In this document: piece after piece, positions 10,101 to 20,000 of the stretch | Layout of the letters: every line of letters begins with the position of its first letter | Position numbering within the stretch: position 1 is the stretch's first letter | NCBI GenBank assembly: GCA_019828565.1 | Contig: JAHDYR010000016.1 | Span: 1 to 64,000 of the forward strand | Direction: 5' to 3' | Length of the DNA: 64,000 nucleotides | DNA from: Carpediemonas membranifera BICM | Lineage: Eukaryota; Protista; Fornicata | Notes under the pieces: model-generated | Told to the model about the DNA's origin: nothing | Seen by the model: the letters and a program-made list of their open reading frames with translations, nothing else | Database searches by the model: none | Program-made: the position numbers and the translations under genes

Positions 10101-10616
10101 GTGGGGGCGGACGCCCGAGCCGGTCGACTCGAGAATGCCCATCTCCTGCATCTTGGAGCAGGCAGCCTCGCAGCGGCCGCAGTCAACGCACATAGAGGGA
10201 TCGATGGTGATCATGCCGTTTGTGTCGACGTCGCAGGCAGTGACAGCGTCGAAAGTGTTCTCGAACTCGCTACGATCGAGTCTTCTAACGGGAGGAGCGG
10301 GCATAGTCTTGGCCTTGAGCTCGCGGAAGACAGCAGCGGCCTTGGCCTTCACTCTTGGAGTGTCGGTGCGGAGCGACATGCCGTCAGCGACCTTCGTGGA
10401 GCAAGCCATCGCCAGGTTGCCGTCCTCCATGTCTACGACGCATGCTTTGCAGCGTCCGATGGGCTTCAAGCGAGGATGGGCGCAGAGCGTCGGGATGAAG
10501 ATGTTGTTTGCTCTTGCAGCTTCAAGAATGGAGTATGCCTTCGGAACGGCGAAAGATCTGCCGTTAATAGTTACCTGAACTTCATCGTTGTTCATTCTTG
10601 CTTCAGGAGCGTTCAT
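7104..10616 (-). CDS. [FeFe]-hydrogenase fused to flavodoxin + FAD/NAD(P)-binding reductase (CysJ/P450-reductase-like)
   Basis: N-terminal 2Fe-2S (IPTLC..GRCKAC..C); two CxxCxxCxxxC 4Fe-4S motifs; H-cluster motifs TSCCPAW, MPCTAKKGE, EVMACQGGCIGGGGQP; SSU domain RKSHENPE..LLHT; flavodoxin FATQTGT, STFGNGE; RLYSIAS, GTGIAPF, YYCG. Confidence 0.96.
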   Translation of the reverse strand: MNAPEARMNNDEVQVTINGRSFAVPKAYSILEAARANNIFIPTLCAHPRLKPIGRCKACVVDMEDGNLAMACSTKVADGMSLRTDTPRVKAKAAAVFRELKAKTMPAPPVRRLDRSEFENTFDAVTACDVDTNGMITIDPSMCVDCGRCEAACSKMQEMGILESTGSGVRPHGGLRLDETRCIGCGQCSSFCPVGAISEVSHIERLYAAIAEGKTIVAQTAPAVRVAIGEECGVAAGEVSTGKMVAALKALGCNYVVDTDFAADLTIMEEGTELIGRMQKKWAATPEQAEKMGPMFTSCCPAWINNIEIRFPEYLDNLSTARSPMMMMGSVVKTYFAKKMGINPADIFHFAVMPCTAKKGEIDRMQMVTGGMKVVDAVLTTRELGKLIRKHHIDFPALPNQEFDSPIGASTGAGRLFGTTGGVMEAALRTAYEVLAGKGISTLSYTPVRGLAGIKEASVEIPLKDGPTKTLRIAIASGIANANVMMCDIQAGKRSYDFVEVMACQGGCIGGGGQPKSLDPKIIEKRQSAIYSDDERATQRKSHENPEIMAIYKEFFGEPNSHKAHELLHTTYSDRSKLVRGPDGEIVEAPDAGDVCSADAVPMLIVFATQTGTSKEVAYRLANEAKTKDIEFAPRVVAVDKIKPNEIAKSELVVYITSTFGNGEHPDSAAAFWEWLSDSSLADDTFTGTQFAVMGLGSKAYPLFCKAAEEVHDRMAELGGVALCPFGKGDESHPEKYEDGYGNWTEALWEGLGAQDAGAVPTIPEPKYAVLVTASMQNPPPPPPDCQWTTVNANKLLTDPKMDRASHHFEFSLDNTSLSYSTGYHMAIVPRNLDNTVDNWLHINKLNGDMCVTVRGTGNNMAPAGLDRSLTIREIFTQHLDIAGRVTKPFMRAMIPFAQDLKQRERLQYLVSKDGKEDYMEYMNEYVTYGEFLEEFTSARPALEYLVDLIPAIKPRLYSIASSDKMVPHAIQLTVGIVDWVTPKGKKCGGLTTTWLKDINVGDRCAAYVKSSPLVPPENPDTPYMMVALGTGIAPFQGFIQYRKMLHDEGIPQNKATLYYGCRRRDEDYLLTPTELQWRDDGIYEEITAFSRESAKKVYVHHRIQQYAKEVFEMLYKNGGNVYYCGTIVGAKSLKESIIGTFVENGVDREEAEALFEQREKEQRYVLEAY

Positions 10617-11663
10617 TAGGCAATGTTGAGTTATCAGGCAAAGCAGCGGATACGAATCTGCCCCGAATCAGGTCAAATCTCATGGATCCCCATTGATGGG
10701 CGATCCCATGAAATGGAAAAATTGGGCCCGATGGGGTCGGCTCAGCATATAGGATCTGGAGACCCGCTATGTCGATTTTGGAGATTGATAGAAGCTCCAA
10801 AAATATGATGAGAGATACCCAGCCCGGGGCACATGGCCAATGGGGCCTGGTCCTGGGTTATTCCCGCTATATTGGGGGGTCTAGAAAAATCCACGTCGTC
10901 AGGAGGATCGGATTCGAATCCAAAGCAAATCGTCAGGCAAAGCAATGAGATTAGCAATGTTCTGTGCTTTGTAGAACTTGCGGCGTGAAAAATCGGATCT
11001 TTCGGCCAAAAGGGCCCATGATTGAGCCATTGGGAGCCAAGGGAACGTCTGCCATCGTCGTCGTTTGGTGATCATAATTGCAAGGTGCTATACGCTTGCC
11101 AGGCACTATCAAAACGTCCCAGTGCAAGCCCGTGACATCGATCAGAAGGCTTGTGCGATCATGACAATCAGATCCGGATCTGATTGGTCTGGTCATGAAA
11201 CAGCAGAGGCCGAGCAAATGGTGAACAGTGGAAAGATGGAGCATCATCGTGCCATGGCCAGTCAATGTAGCCTTGGTTATCGTGCACAGGTATCCTCGGA
11301 GGTCACGTCTGCCCTGGCTGGCATGGTGACGGAGACGGAGCCCACTGATGACTATCCTCGTTTACTGCGCCATAGAAATTGCACAGATTGGTGCGTGTCG
11401 TGCCGCCAGATACTGAGTCTGCAGCTGGACCCAAGTGTTGATGGGATCAGCTGCCAATGGTGCGTCGTGGATGACTATGATATCCCGGGCAGAACGGCAT
11501 AAGATGAAAATGACAGCAAACATCTTTTAAGACACATTGCTGTCATCTTCAGGATACAAACTCAGAAATGCGTTCTCAGAGAGTGGTAAACCTGCGAAAT
11601 CCGCTGTGGGGCAGCATGCAGGCAGATTGCCATAAGTATTTACTACACTGGGGCGGGTCCTCA

Positions 11664-12488
11664 TCAGGGTGTGGGGCTGACCGGGGTCATGCTCCCCAAG
11701 GCGGCGGGTGAGATCGCGGGGAAAGTGGCCATGACAGAGCGGTTGGCAGCATCAGCCTCGGCCTGGCCCTCCTTGGACAGCATGGCGTGTTCCCTGCTGA
11801 AGCGCTGCTCGGCGACCTTTCTGAACTTGTCGAACGAGCTGGCCAGCCGCTGGGCTATCGACCCGACCAGCCACAGTGGCGTCTTGCCCCTGAAGTCGAG
11901 ATACTCCACCTGGGTCGCCTGGCACATGGTGGTCTGCAGGGTGGGTGAGGGGGAGCCGTGGACGTCGAGCGGCGTGATGATCGCCCCGCTGCCGGGCATG
12001 ACGGCAGCCCGGATCATGCGTGGATCCGGGGGGCATGAGGGGTGGTCGACTGAGTGGTACTCAATGACGTACCGACCGGCGGCAGGGCTGTAGTTCGTCG
12101 TCATTCGGACCACGGCGTCGCGCGGCTTCATCAGACTGATTGGCGACTTGAAGACAAGGCGCCAGACGACAGTGTCATCGTCTATCTCCTCTACGATCGT
12201 CGAGTAGTCAAAGGCGGCGTCCCATTGGGAACGGAAGAGGGGATCGAGGAAATACGTCAGCACGAAGGGGGCGGGCACAGCAAAGTTGCACGTCGTCCTC
12301 ACACCGTCGTAGTTCTTTCCCTTGATGCGATCAACGTGGATGACACTGTGCTGAGTCTCTCTCACGCAACTCCATCGCGGTGAGCTGCTCTTCGAGTTGT
12401 GTTCAATGTGCTTGACCAGGTCTCGATGGCTCATGGATGCTGGGAAGCGATGAAACGGTTCCTCAAATGGTTTGTTGCGCTGCTCCAT
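11664..12488 (-). CDS. START/SRPBCC lipid-binding domain protein
   Basis: R.QWD, IVEEIDD, KPRDAVV, SVDHPSCPP..IRA, D.RG..PLWLV motifs. Confidence 0.85.
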   Translation of the reverse strand: MEQRNKPFEEPFHRFPASMSHRDLVKHIEHNSKSSSPRWSCVRETQHSVIHVDRIKGKNYDGVRTTCNFAVPAPFVLTYFLDPLFRSQWDAAFDYSTIVEEIDDDTVVWRLVFKSPISLMKPRDAVVRMTTNYSPAAGRYVIEYHSVDHPSCPPDPRMIRAAVMPGSGAIITPLDVHGSPSPTLQTTMCQATQVEYLDFRGKTPLWLVGSIAQRLASSFDKFRKVAEQRFSREHAMLSKEGQAEADAANRSVMATFPAISPAALGSMTPVSPTP

Positions 12489-12979
12489 GCGTAGCTTTTT
12501 GTGGCCTCCATCTTCTTCGCAACGAGCAAAATCACTGGCTATTCTGCGAAAAAGGAACTAACCCTGCATGTATTGCATCTGCTGCTGTGGCGTCATTTGT
12601 TGCGGATTCATGGCCGTTCTAGACTGCTAAGCTCTTTTGGCATAAAGTGCACCATTTTTGTGTTTGTTTATTTTCATCAATCAGTGCTTCTCCAGTCCTC
12701 TCGCCAAGCAACTAGCTTCCCACCTATCGTCTACCCCATCTTACTTCCATCCGCTCTCTTCTGCTTGTCGGATTTCGGGGTCTTGATCATGACGTCTTTG
12801 CAATCATCACCATGGCCTTCCATCGCACAGCGGGCTCTTCTATGCCGCTGCCTGAAGATAAAACACTTCAGTTCTTCTAATTCTCGCCATTATCACTGCG
12901 TAGTCTCGTTCATCAAACGTCTTTGATGTGTGTTGTTAACAAGTGATCGGTTCATTCACCGCAAAACGCAGAGCTTCGC

Positions 12980-14986
12980 ATGACCAGCATCTATACGGTC
13001 AAGGTCTCCATATCTGTTGTCTTAGCTATAACGACGAAAAGAAAGAACAGAAGCATTTTAGGGTAAAGATCAATTGATGCGGCCACAACAATATCCTCTC
13101 CGCATAACCGAAGAAACGTGATTCCTTTCATCGCGGACTTCTACGCCGGATTGGAGAACAGGCTCTGCTCGTTCACGAAGGCCAAGTACTTTCACACTTG
13201 CCTTCTGTCATACATCGCCGCGTGCTGCCACCACGCCAATCTCTCCTTGCCCGTGCATGACCAGGCTCTGCACCAGGCCATCGTTATCGTCGCCTACCGA
13301 CGAAGTGGAGAGTACCGAAACCTCGCCGCCGACTCACTCGTCGACCGCTTCCTGGGCGCGAAAAATACGCCGCAGTTCGGCAGGTTGTCACCTCAATAGC
13401 CGAGATGCCACTGTGGCATGACGAGTTCATCATTCGCCTCTGCACCGCCCTCAGGGCAGCTCGTCAACAGTGCCCTCGCGAGTTCGACGTGTGGCTGGGC
13501 GAATATGCCACGAGCACCAAGCTGTGGCTCGTCAATGCCCTTGAAGGTTACTGCTGGCGCCTGGCGAAGATCATCACTCGGGTCGACACTGCCCTGACTC
13601 AGCGTGATCCAGACGTGCCCCGGGACGACATCACCCGGTTGCGCACCGAACAACGCGCTGTCAAGGCGATCGTTGATGAGCACCTTGCACCTTGCAAAGA
13701 TCTCAACTCCGGGACGAGTCGACGAGGGCGTTCTACTCACGCTGCCCTGCGTCTGGCGGATCTCCGCGGCTCTGGGAGAGCTCACGGATATGGTTGCGGC
13801 ATTCAACACCGCCCATCCACCTCTTCCGGGTGACAAGCCGCTGGCTGGCCCCAAGCTTGTTCCGCTTGTCCCGATGGCTCCGGTCCGCCCCAGGTTCATG
13901 CACGTTCCCTGTTCTCTCAACGTGCTGAACCCGGCTTGGCTTGCCCAACTTGGGGTCGACCCGGAGCATCACGCCACTGAGCGCATGACGCGAGAGCAGC
14001 TGGAGGCTCTTCCTCCGAACATCCGTCGGGTGCTGTCTGTCAAGACAGATGGGGTCGCCGTGGACCTCACGGTCCAAGTTGGTGCTCTGCCATACGTCAG
14101 CAGACGTGCCAGTGGCAACCCGACGATGAAGCGAAAGGCTCGGGAGCGTCTGGGTGTGGATGACGCAGATGCTCGCCCCGCGCCAGACCCCGATGCCCAC
14201 CTCATGGGTTTCGACCCGGGTGCTCGGGCTCTGGGTGGATTCTTCATCCGCCACCCAGATGGCACTACCAGCTCCGGTGTGGTCCCGAAGTGTGGGTACA
14301 CCAAGACCCCCAGCTTCGCGTTCGATATGACTCCTGCGTCATTCAAAAGTACAAATCTAAATAGTCTACAAAACTCGATTAGGTTTGTGCTCCTCCACGA
14401 GCAGGAAATATTCGACGCTGGGATGGTCAAGAGCTTCCGCAGAGTGCGCCTGACGAACCACATCTTGCGTCAAAAGCACTTCCACAGAGCTGGGGAGCAG
14501 CTCGCACCCTAGGATGGACTCCTCGGCGACTCCCTCGCGGTATTGCCCCTCCCCGGGCAGCCCCCACCAGGCTGCGCTAGATTCAAGACGCCCCGTCGGG
14601 TGCATCCATGCGCGCCGTATGGTCGCTTTGCAAAATCACTACCACACATCATGAGAGCTTTCAACATCACTGCTGAAGTGCGGATGACTAACGAGTTCCG
14701 AACCTCACTCGTCTGCCCCCTCTGCCGCGCGAGGTTCCGTAGAACTCGCTACACGAGGCGCACGATGCAATGCCACAACCCGAATTGTCAAGGTGCTCCA
14801 TGGTACAGACAGCAACGCCTCAATTCCGATCCTACCACCACTTGGCTCAATCTCTCCCACAGAGACAAGACTGCTGCACAGAACATCTTGGATTGCGGCC
14901 TCATGACGGATGCACAGTATCAAGCCAGTGCTTTCAGAAATCCAAGACCTCCAGCCCGTCTTCCCAACTATAACCATCAACTATAA
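12980..14986 (+). pseudogene. Fanzor1 (TnpB-like RNA-guided RuvC endonuclease), disrupted; copy 1
   Basis: ORF pieces 12980-13399, 13405-~13700, ~13700-14512 and 14513-14986 give YTVKVSI (N-terminal), LVPMAPVRPRFM, VKTDGVAV, RuvC-I LMGFDPG, FRRVRL.NHILRQK, RuvC-II TNEFRTSLVCPLC, CHNPNC and RuvC-III HRDKTAAQNI. In-frame stops at 13064, 13397 and 14510 plus frameshifts. Confidence 0.9.
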
Positions 14987-14993
14987 CCAATTA

Positions 14994-15081
14994 CGGCTAA
15001 CCAGCCGCTAGTCTTCGCCTCCGGGCAAGCTAATTGAAGTGGAGAGACGCAGTGCTTGCACTGTGCACTATGATACTTCAG
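14994..15081 (+). ncRNA. Candidate Fanzor omegaRNA scaffold (copy 1)
   Basis: Hairpins CGGCU-AACC-AGCCG; UAG.CUU.GCC-UCCG-GGCAAGCUA; UGAAGU...CAGUGC/GCACUG...ACUUCA directly 3' of the ORF. Same order as in copy 2. Confidence 0.65.
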
Positions 15082-15366
15082 AACTGTGAATTACGTAACT
15101 CCATTTATCGTATACATTCCCCTCCCCCGGCACAGCCGCGGCAGTAAACGTACCAACCTCTTGTTGCCTCAGCTCTCCCTCAGCGGGCCATTCACTCCGA
15201 GCAAATCACAGAACTAACCCAAGTCGTATTTAATCTAGTACGACATATGTATAAACCTTCATCCAACGTGGTCTGTGCCCGTAGGCCTATCCCAGCGTTG
15301 ACTTCGGGTGGTGGTGGGGTCCAACGGTCTCATGGGCTCAAGTCTCTTGGTACGGCCCAAGTCAGT

Positions 15367-17029
15367 TTACTTCTTAGCGGGGTCGACGGCCCGGGCGGGG
15401 ACGGACCATCCCTTGGGGATGTTGAAGTCGGAGATGATCTCGCGGTGGCAGGACCAGACGAGACGGATGGCCTCGACGGTGCCGATGCCAGCGCCACGTG
15501 GGTCGCCGGCAGGGCCGAACCAGTGGTTCTGGGGCGCACCGGTCGTCCGGGCTCTGGCGCCGGCATATGTGGTGCCGTTGACGGTGTGGCCGAGGACGTA
15601 CTGGACGAAGTTGATGTCGTTGGACACGACGGCCGCAGTGAGGTGGGCGTTCATTCGCTCGGTCATCTCGATGACCTTGTCGATCTCGCCCTCCTTGTAC
15701 CGGATCAGCACGCAGAACGGCCCGAATATCTCAGTCGTCACGACCGGGAAATTCTCCGGCTTCAGCGCCTGCTCGAGAGGGACCTCGACGAGGGTGGGCT
15801 GGTAGAGGCCGTACTTGGCAGGGACCGCCGTGCCATCGACAGCCTTGCCGCCGAAGACGACCTTGCCGCCCATGGCGACGAGCTTGTCCTGGTGTGCCTT
15901 GATGTCGGCGCTGGTGTGGGAGAGGACGGGGGGGATCGACAGCTCCTCGAACGAACGGGTGCCGGCGTAGTGCTCAAAGCGGGCGAGGAAGTCCGTCTTG
16001 TCGTAGGCCTCGTGCATGAAGAGGATCGACTGGGCAGAGCACTTCTGCCCGCCAAAGGCATACGCGTCGTTGTCGGCGCACCACGCCTTGTACTCGACGT
16101 CGTCCGCGTCAGGACCGAGGATCTTCCAGTCGAAGCCGGCGTCCTCGATCTTGATCTTGCCGTTGGTGATGCGGGAGAGCTCCTCGGCGACACCGGACGA
16201 GCCCGTGAACTGCAGCATGCGGGGCTGGGCCTTCTCGACGATGGCCCCCATGGTGCAACCCGAGCAGTGAATCATCTCGATGGCGTTCTTGGGGGCGCCG
16301 CAGTAGTGCATGAGCTTGATCCACTCCTGCATGATGAGTGACGTCATCGAAGCGCACTTGAGCAGCACCTTGTTGCCCATGTACAGGGCGCCCATGATCT
16401 GGAGCACGGGGATCTCCAGGGGGAAGTTGAATGGCGCGATGACCATGACGGGGCCGTAGGGCCAGCGGGTGCCCGTCGACACCTGGCCCATGTAGTCGCC
16501 CGAGACATTGAACGAGCGGGCAAGGAAACGGACCTGGTCGGCGCAGAAGTTGCGGATGAATGCACGGGTAACCATGACCTCCTTCATGGCCTGGTCGTAG
16601 TCCTTGGGCGCCACACGCTGGATGCAACGGGCGAAGAAGCGGAACACCTCGGGCTTGTCAAGCTCGACGGCGAGCTTGGAGGTGATCTCACCCCACATGT
16701 TATACTTCTCGGGGTTCTTGTACATGTTGTGGAGGCCGGACTTGGGGCAGGAATTGAGGTTGGTGATGAATTCCTCAGCCTCCTCCATGGTGGTGTTGGG
16801 CATCTTGAGGAACGCTTCGCCATTGCTGTGTGAGAAATGGAGCGCTCAGCACATCTTGACAGCATCAAGCGGTTACGGATCTTGATGATACGGTGAGATT
16901 CGATACAAACGTAGGATCAACGACGTCAATGCACTTCTCGCTACGCTTCCACTCACCGGATACGAAATTGGTCATGTGGTAGGGCTTGGCGCCGCATACG
17001 GTATCAGGATCGAAGTCAGTGAACTGCAT
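15367..17029 (-). CDS. ALDH12: Delta-1-pyrroline-5-carboxylate dehydrogenase, ALDH12 family (intron 16826-16910)
   Basis: WPYGPV..IAPFNFPLEIP, EDAGFDWKILGPD, GQKCSAQS, GTTYAG.RARTTGAPQNHWFGPAGDPRGAGIGT. Exon 1 MQFTDFDPD...VDPT joins NGEAF after removing a GTTTGT..ACAG intron. Confidence 0.93.
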
Positions 17030-17298
17030 GGCGATGTTTGTTCGAATGTTGTTGTTCTGTCAGCTTGTTGACGGATGACGACCGCACGAAATTGACTAAG
17101 CTGGCTGCCAAGAGGCAAAGGGACGGCGATGAAAACGGGCGAGGCCTGATACAGCGCTGGGCCTTGCTGCGGCCATGCCAGACTCCGAAGCCCAGAGGCG
17201 GCCCCTCCAGACTGCAAGAGCGTCCAACGCGCGTTTAACATCACATAAAAAGCCGCTCAACAGGGACGCAGAGGTTACTAGAAGTTGATCCGATTGGC

Positions 17299-17841
17299 TC
17301 ACACCTGGCGCTCCTTGTACGTCTGGAGGTTCGTGATGATCTTGCCAGGCTTCGTGCCGATGATGAGCTGCGACATGGCCCTGCGAGCCACTGCGTTGTT
17401 CGCGGGGGTCCCGAGGATGTGGATCTTCTTGCCTGCGACGACGATACGGGTGCGGGTGCAGTCCATGATCTGGTTCTTGATGTCGCCGTTCACACCGCAG
17501 ATACGGCCAATGGCGCGAGACTGGTTGGCGCCCTTAAGCACAGCCTTGGCGTCGTTAACGTTGAACGACTCGACGATGATGTTATCCAGGCGGAGGAAAG
17601 CAACGCAATCGACAAGGCGGAAGCCCTGCATGTAGGCATCGATGTAGTTGCGTGACTTTTGCATAGCATTAGTCTCCTCTGTCTCCTCGTTTGTTCTGAA
17701 ATGAATCTTGTGCTCCTTGGTGTTGTACATGCAATCCAAAGAGAGCCGATTCACAAGATACGAGCAGATTTCGTCCCAATCACGCTTAAGAGCAGTTCTC
17801 CTGGAAAGAGGGACGATCACGGAGTCCTCAGAGACCATCAT
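17299..17841 (-). CDS. PNO1: Pre-rRNA processing KH-domain protein PNO1/DIM2
   Basis: VP..R..ALKRDW..I, GF...D..AFLRLD, SRAIGRI.G..G, TRTRIVVAG.KIHILG, LI.G..PGK. Start at the MMVSED ATG is inferred. Confidence 0.9.
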   Translation of the reverse strand: MMVSEDSVIVPLSRRTALKRDWDEICSYLVNRLSLDCMYNTKEHKIHFRTNEETEETNAMQKSRNYIDAYMQGFRLVDCVAFLRLDNIIVESFNVNDAKAVLKGANQSRAIGRICGVNGDIKNQIMDCTRTRIVVAGKKIHILGTPANNAVARRAMSQLIIGTKPGKIITNLQTYKERQV

Positions 17842-18058
17842 GCTCTCGCGACTCAAAATCGACTGCGGTGACTGTATCACAAACGCAGAGCAAGCTCGGT
17901 AGAGATGGGAGCCCTCCGGGTCAGCAATGTCCCAGCAATGCCATTTTGACATTGAATGAGTCAGGTCGAACACGGACGTATCCGCCGACGATGGGTCGAC
18001 GTCAAATGAACTCCATTTACTGATACTGACTGTAATGTACTTTACTGACTGTATCCAC

Positions 18059-18495
18059 TCACTGCAGCTTCGCCTTGATGCTGGCAGCGAGCTCCTGTCC
18101 GGCCTCAGCCTCGAGCTTGGTCTGGTTGAAGATGAGCTCCACGCCAGACTCGTCTGTCTTGGGGATGAAGTGCATGTGGGCGTGGGGGACCATCTGACCG
18201 GCCTTAGAGCCGTTGTTCATGGCGACATTGTACTCCTGGAGGTTGAGGGCGTTGACAATCTTGTGGCCGGCGCCCATCATATCCGCAAGCAAGTCCGTAG
18301 GAACGTTGTGGAACTTCTCGTGGTGCTCTTTTGGGATGACAAGGAAGTGTCCCTTGGAAACAGGGAAAGCGTCCAAGAAGGCAAGAATGCGGTCGGTTTC
18401 AAAGATCTTGAAGCTGGGGATGGTCCCATTGACGATCTGTGTGATAAAAATCCTGGTGTAGTGCTCACCTTGCAGAAGATGCAGTTATCAGACAT
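18059..18495 (-). CDS. Histidine triad (HINT-like) nucleotide-binding protein (intron 18437-18468)
   Basis: MSDNCIFCK|IVNGTIPSFKIFETD, GHFLVIPK, NNG..AGQMVPHAHMHFIP. Confidence 0.93.
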
Positions 18496-18654
18496 GATAA
18501 CCGTCTCGAATGACCGTAAAATGCGACATCCTGGTGAGCGGTAGCAGCATGCATGCGCTCGACGCTGAGTACGGCACAGCCAACCGAAAGGCCTTTCTCA
18601 TTCCTTCTTTCCCCAGTCAACCGAACAACCTTCGAAAACCTAAAGCCGTATCAT

Positions 18655-19015
18655 TTAGTGCTGGGGCATGAAGCCGTTCTCGCGCATGACCTCGTTGATC
18701 TTGCTGTCGCCGTTGCCGCTAGCGCGGACGTGGCCGGAGAAGGCGAAGGTGGAAGCCTTGCCGGTCATGATGCCGCTCTCGTTCAGGTGAGCGAGGGTGA
18801 GCTGAACGGAGGCGTGGTCCTTAGGGCCAATGATGCGGTTGGAAGCAGCGCTGTGTCAAAATACTCAGAAATAGTGCTCGTAATGAAGGAATGGCGCCAA
18901 AATCTGCAAACCTCGTCAGAAATCAGCAAAAACAACGACAATACGTGCACTGAAATAGTACAAACCACTTGCGGGGGATATAGACGTCAACAATCTGGCC
19001 AGCGGCGTTCTGCAT
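18655..19015 (-). CDS. RPS21: 40S ribosomal protein S21 (intron 18851-18965)
   Basis: MQNAAGQIVDVYIPRKC|AASNRIIGPKDHASVQL...FAFSGHVRASGNGDS. Confidence 0.95.
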
Positions 19016-19074
19016 TGCGATCACTACTCTCAGCTGCTTAAACCCGCCTTAAATCAATCAATTGATTGCGCATT

Positions 19075-19726
19075 TTATCTCTGCCCACCAAGCTTGTCCA
19101 TCCGGGCAGCAAGGTCGTCCTGCTGCGCGACAGCCTGGGGAGCAACACCCATGCCAGCAGCCGTGAGGCCCTCCGTCGAGGAGATGCCGAGCTCTGCGAG
19201 AACAGAGGAGAGAACGTTCGCGCTTTCCACTTCCTCGTCGCTGGCCTCGAAGATATCATCGATCGTGTCACCGACAAACTCGTCGGCGTTCTCCATCTTG
19301 GCGTTGTTCTTCTCGAACTCGCGCATGACCTTCTGGAGCTCGGGAAGGTTCATCTGCTGGTTCATGCGGCCCATGGCTGCGGCTACACGGCCCATTGTGC
19401 TAGTGAGCGCCTCGGAGGACTTCAGGGTCTGGATCCTGAGGCCTACGGTCTGCAGGTTGGCGCGCATCTTCATCATTCGCACCTGGAAGGAGCGCGTGCG
19501 GACCAGATCCTTGGCAAGGATCTCACATGCCTTGAGCTGATCCTTCTTAGCGAGGTCTCTGATCTCTGCCATAATCTTCTGCTCCTGCATGCGGAACTTA
19601 TTTCTTTCGCGTTCGATTTCGCGACAAGCGCGGTCGATAGAGCGCTTATGTTGCTTCAATCTGTGTAAATGACATGACTATAACGTACTGATCGGCTACG
19701 GGGACCTTCTTTCCGAATAGAGACAT
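19075..19726 (-). CDS. VPS2: ESCRT-III subunit Vps2/CHMP2 (intron 19661-19688)
   Basis: MSLFGKK..Q|LKQHKRSIDRACREIERER, LAKDLVRTR, MNLPELQKVMREFEK, VLAELGI, DDLAARMDKL. Confidence 0.92.
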
Positions 19727-20000
19727 TTCTATGGTTTGCGTTGTGACTGGGCTTGGGTGCAAATCTCATCCAAAATAACCGCCGTATCGGGCTGGTATTC
19801 GTGCTGCCTGCTCTGTCCCGGCATAAGAGTGTGGGGTCATCTGCAGGGCCGTTTTCGGCGTTCTTCGCGCGATTGCAGTAGAGTCCGCATCAAAGGAGCG
19901 AGGGTGTCACAGTTTTTCTGGCGGCATTGCTGTTTACAATCATCTAAAGCGCATCATAGGATACATCGCACGACTATCTAGTGCCTGTGAGCCGCGCTGC

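Larger units (their letters stand above)
12980..15081 (+). mobile_element. Non-autonomous Fanzor-carrying element, copy 1 (left boundary not resolved)
   Basis: Fanzor ORF remnants plus downstream structured RNA, inserted between the START and P5CDH genes; no transposase seen. Confidence 0.7.

Noticed and set aside
10742-11600. Short ORFs between the hydrogenase and START genes, one with a signal-peptide-like start
   Set aside because: No recognisable domain, no consistent splice model and multiple stops; cannot support a gene or pseudogene call.
12719-12734. CCACCTATCGTCTAC resembling CCATTTATCGTATAC at 15101, as possible terminal direct repeats of Fanzor copy 1
   Set aside because: Only 12 of 15 positions match; could be chance. 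More copies are needed to define the copy 1 ends.
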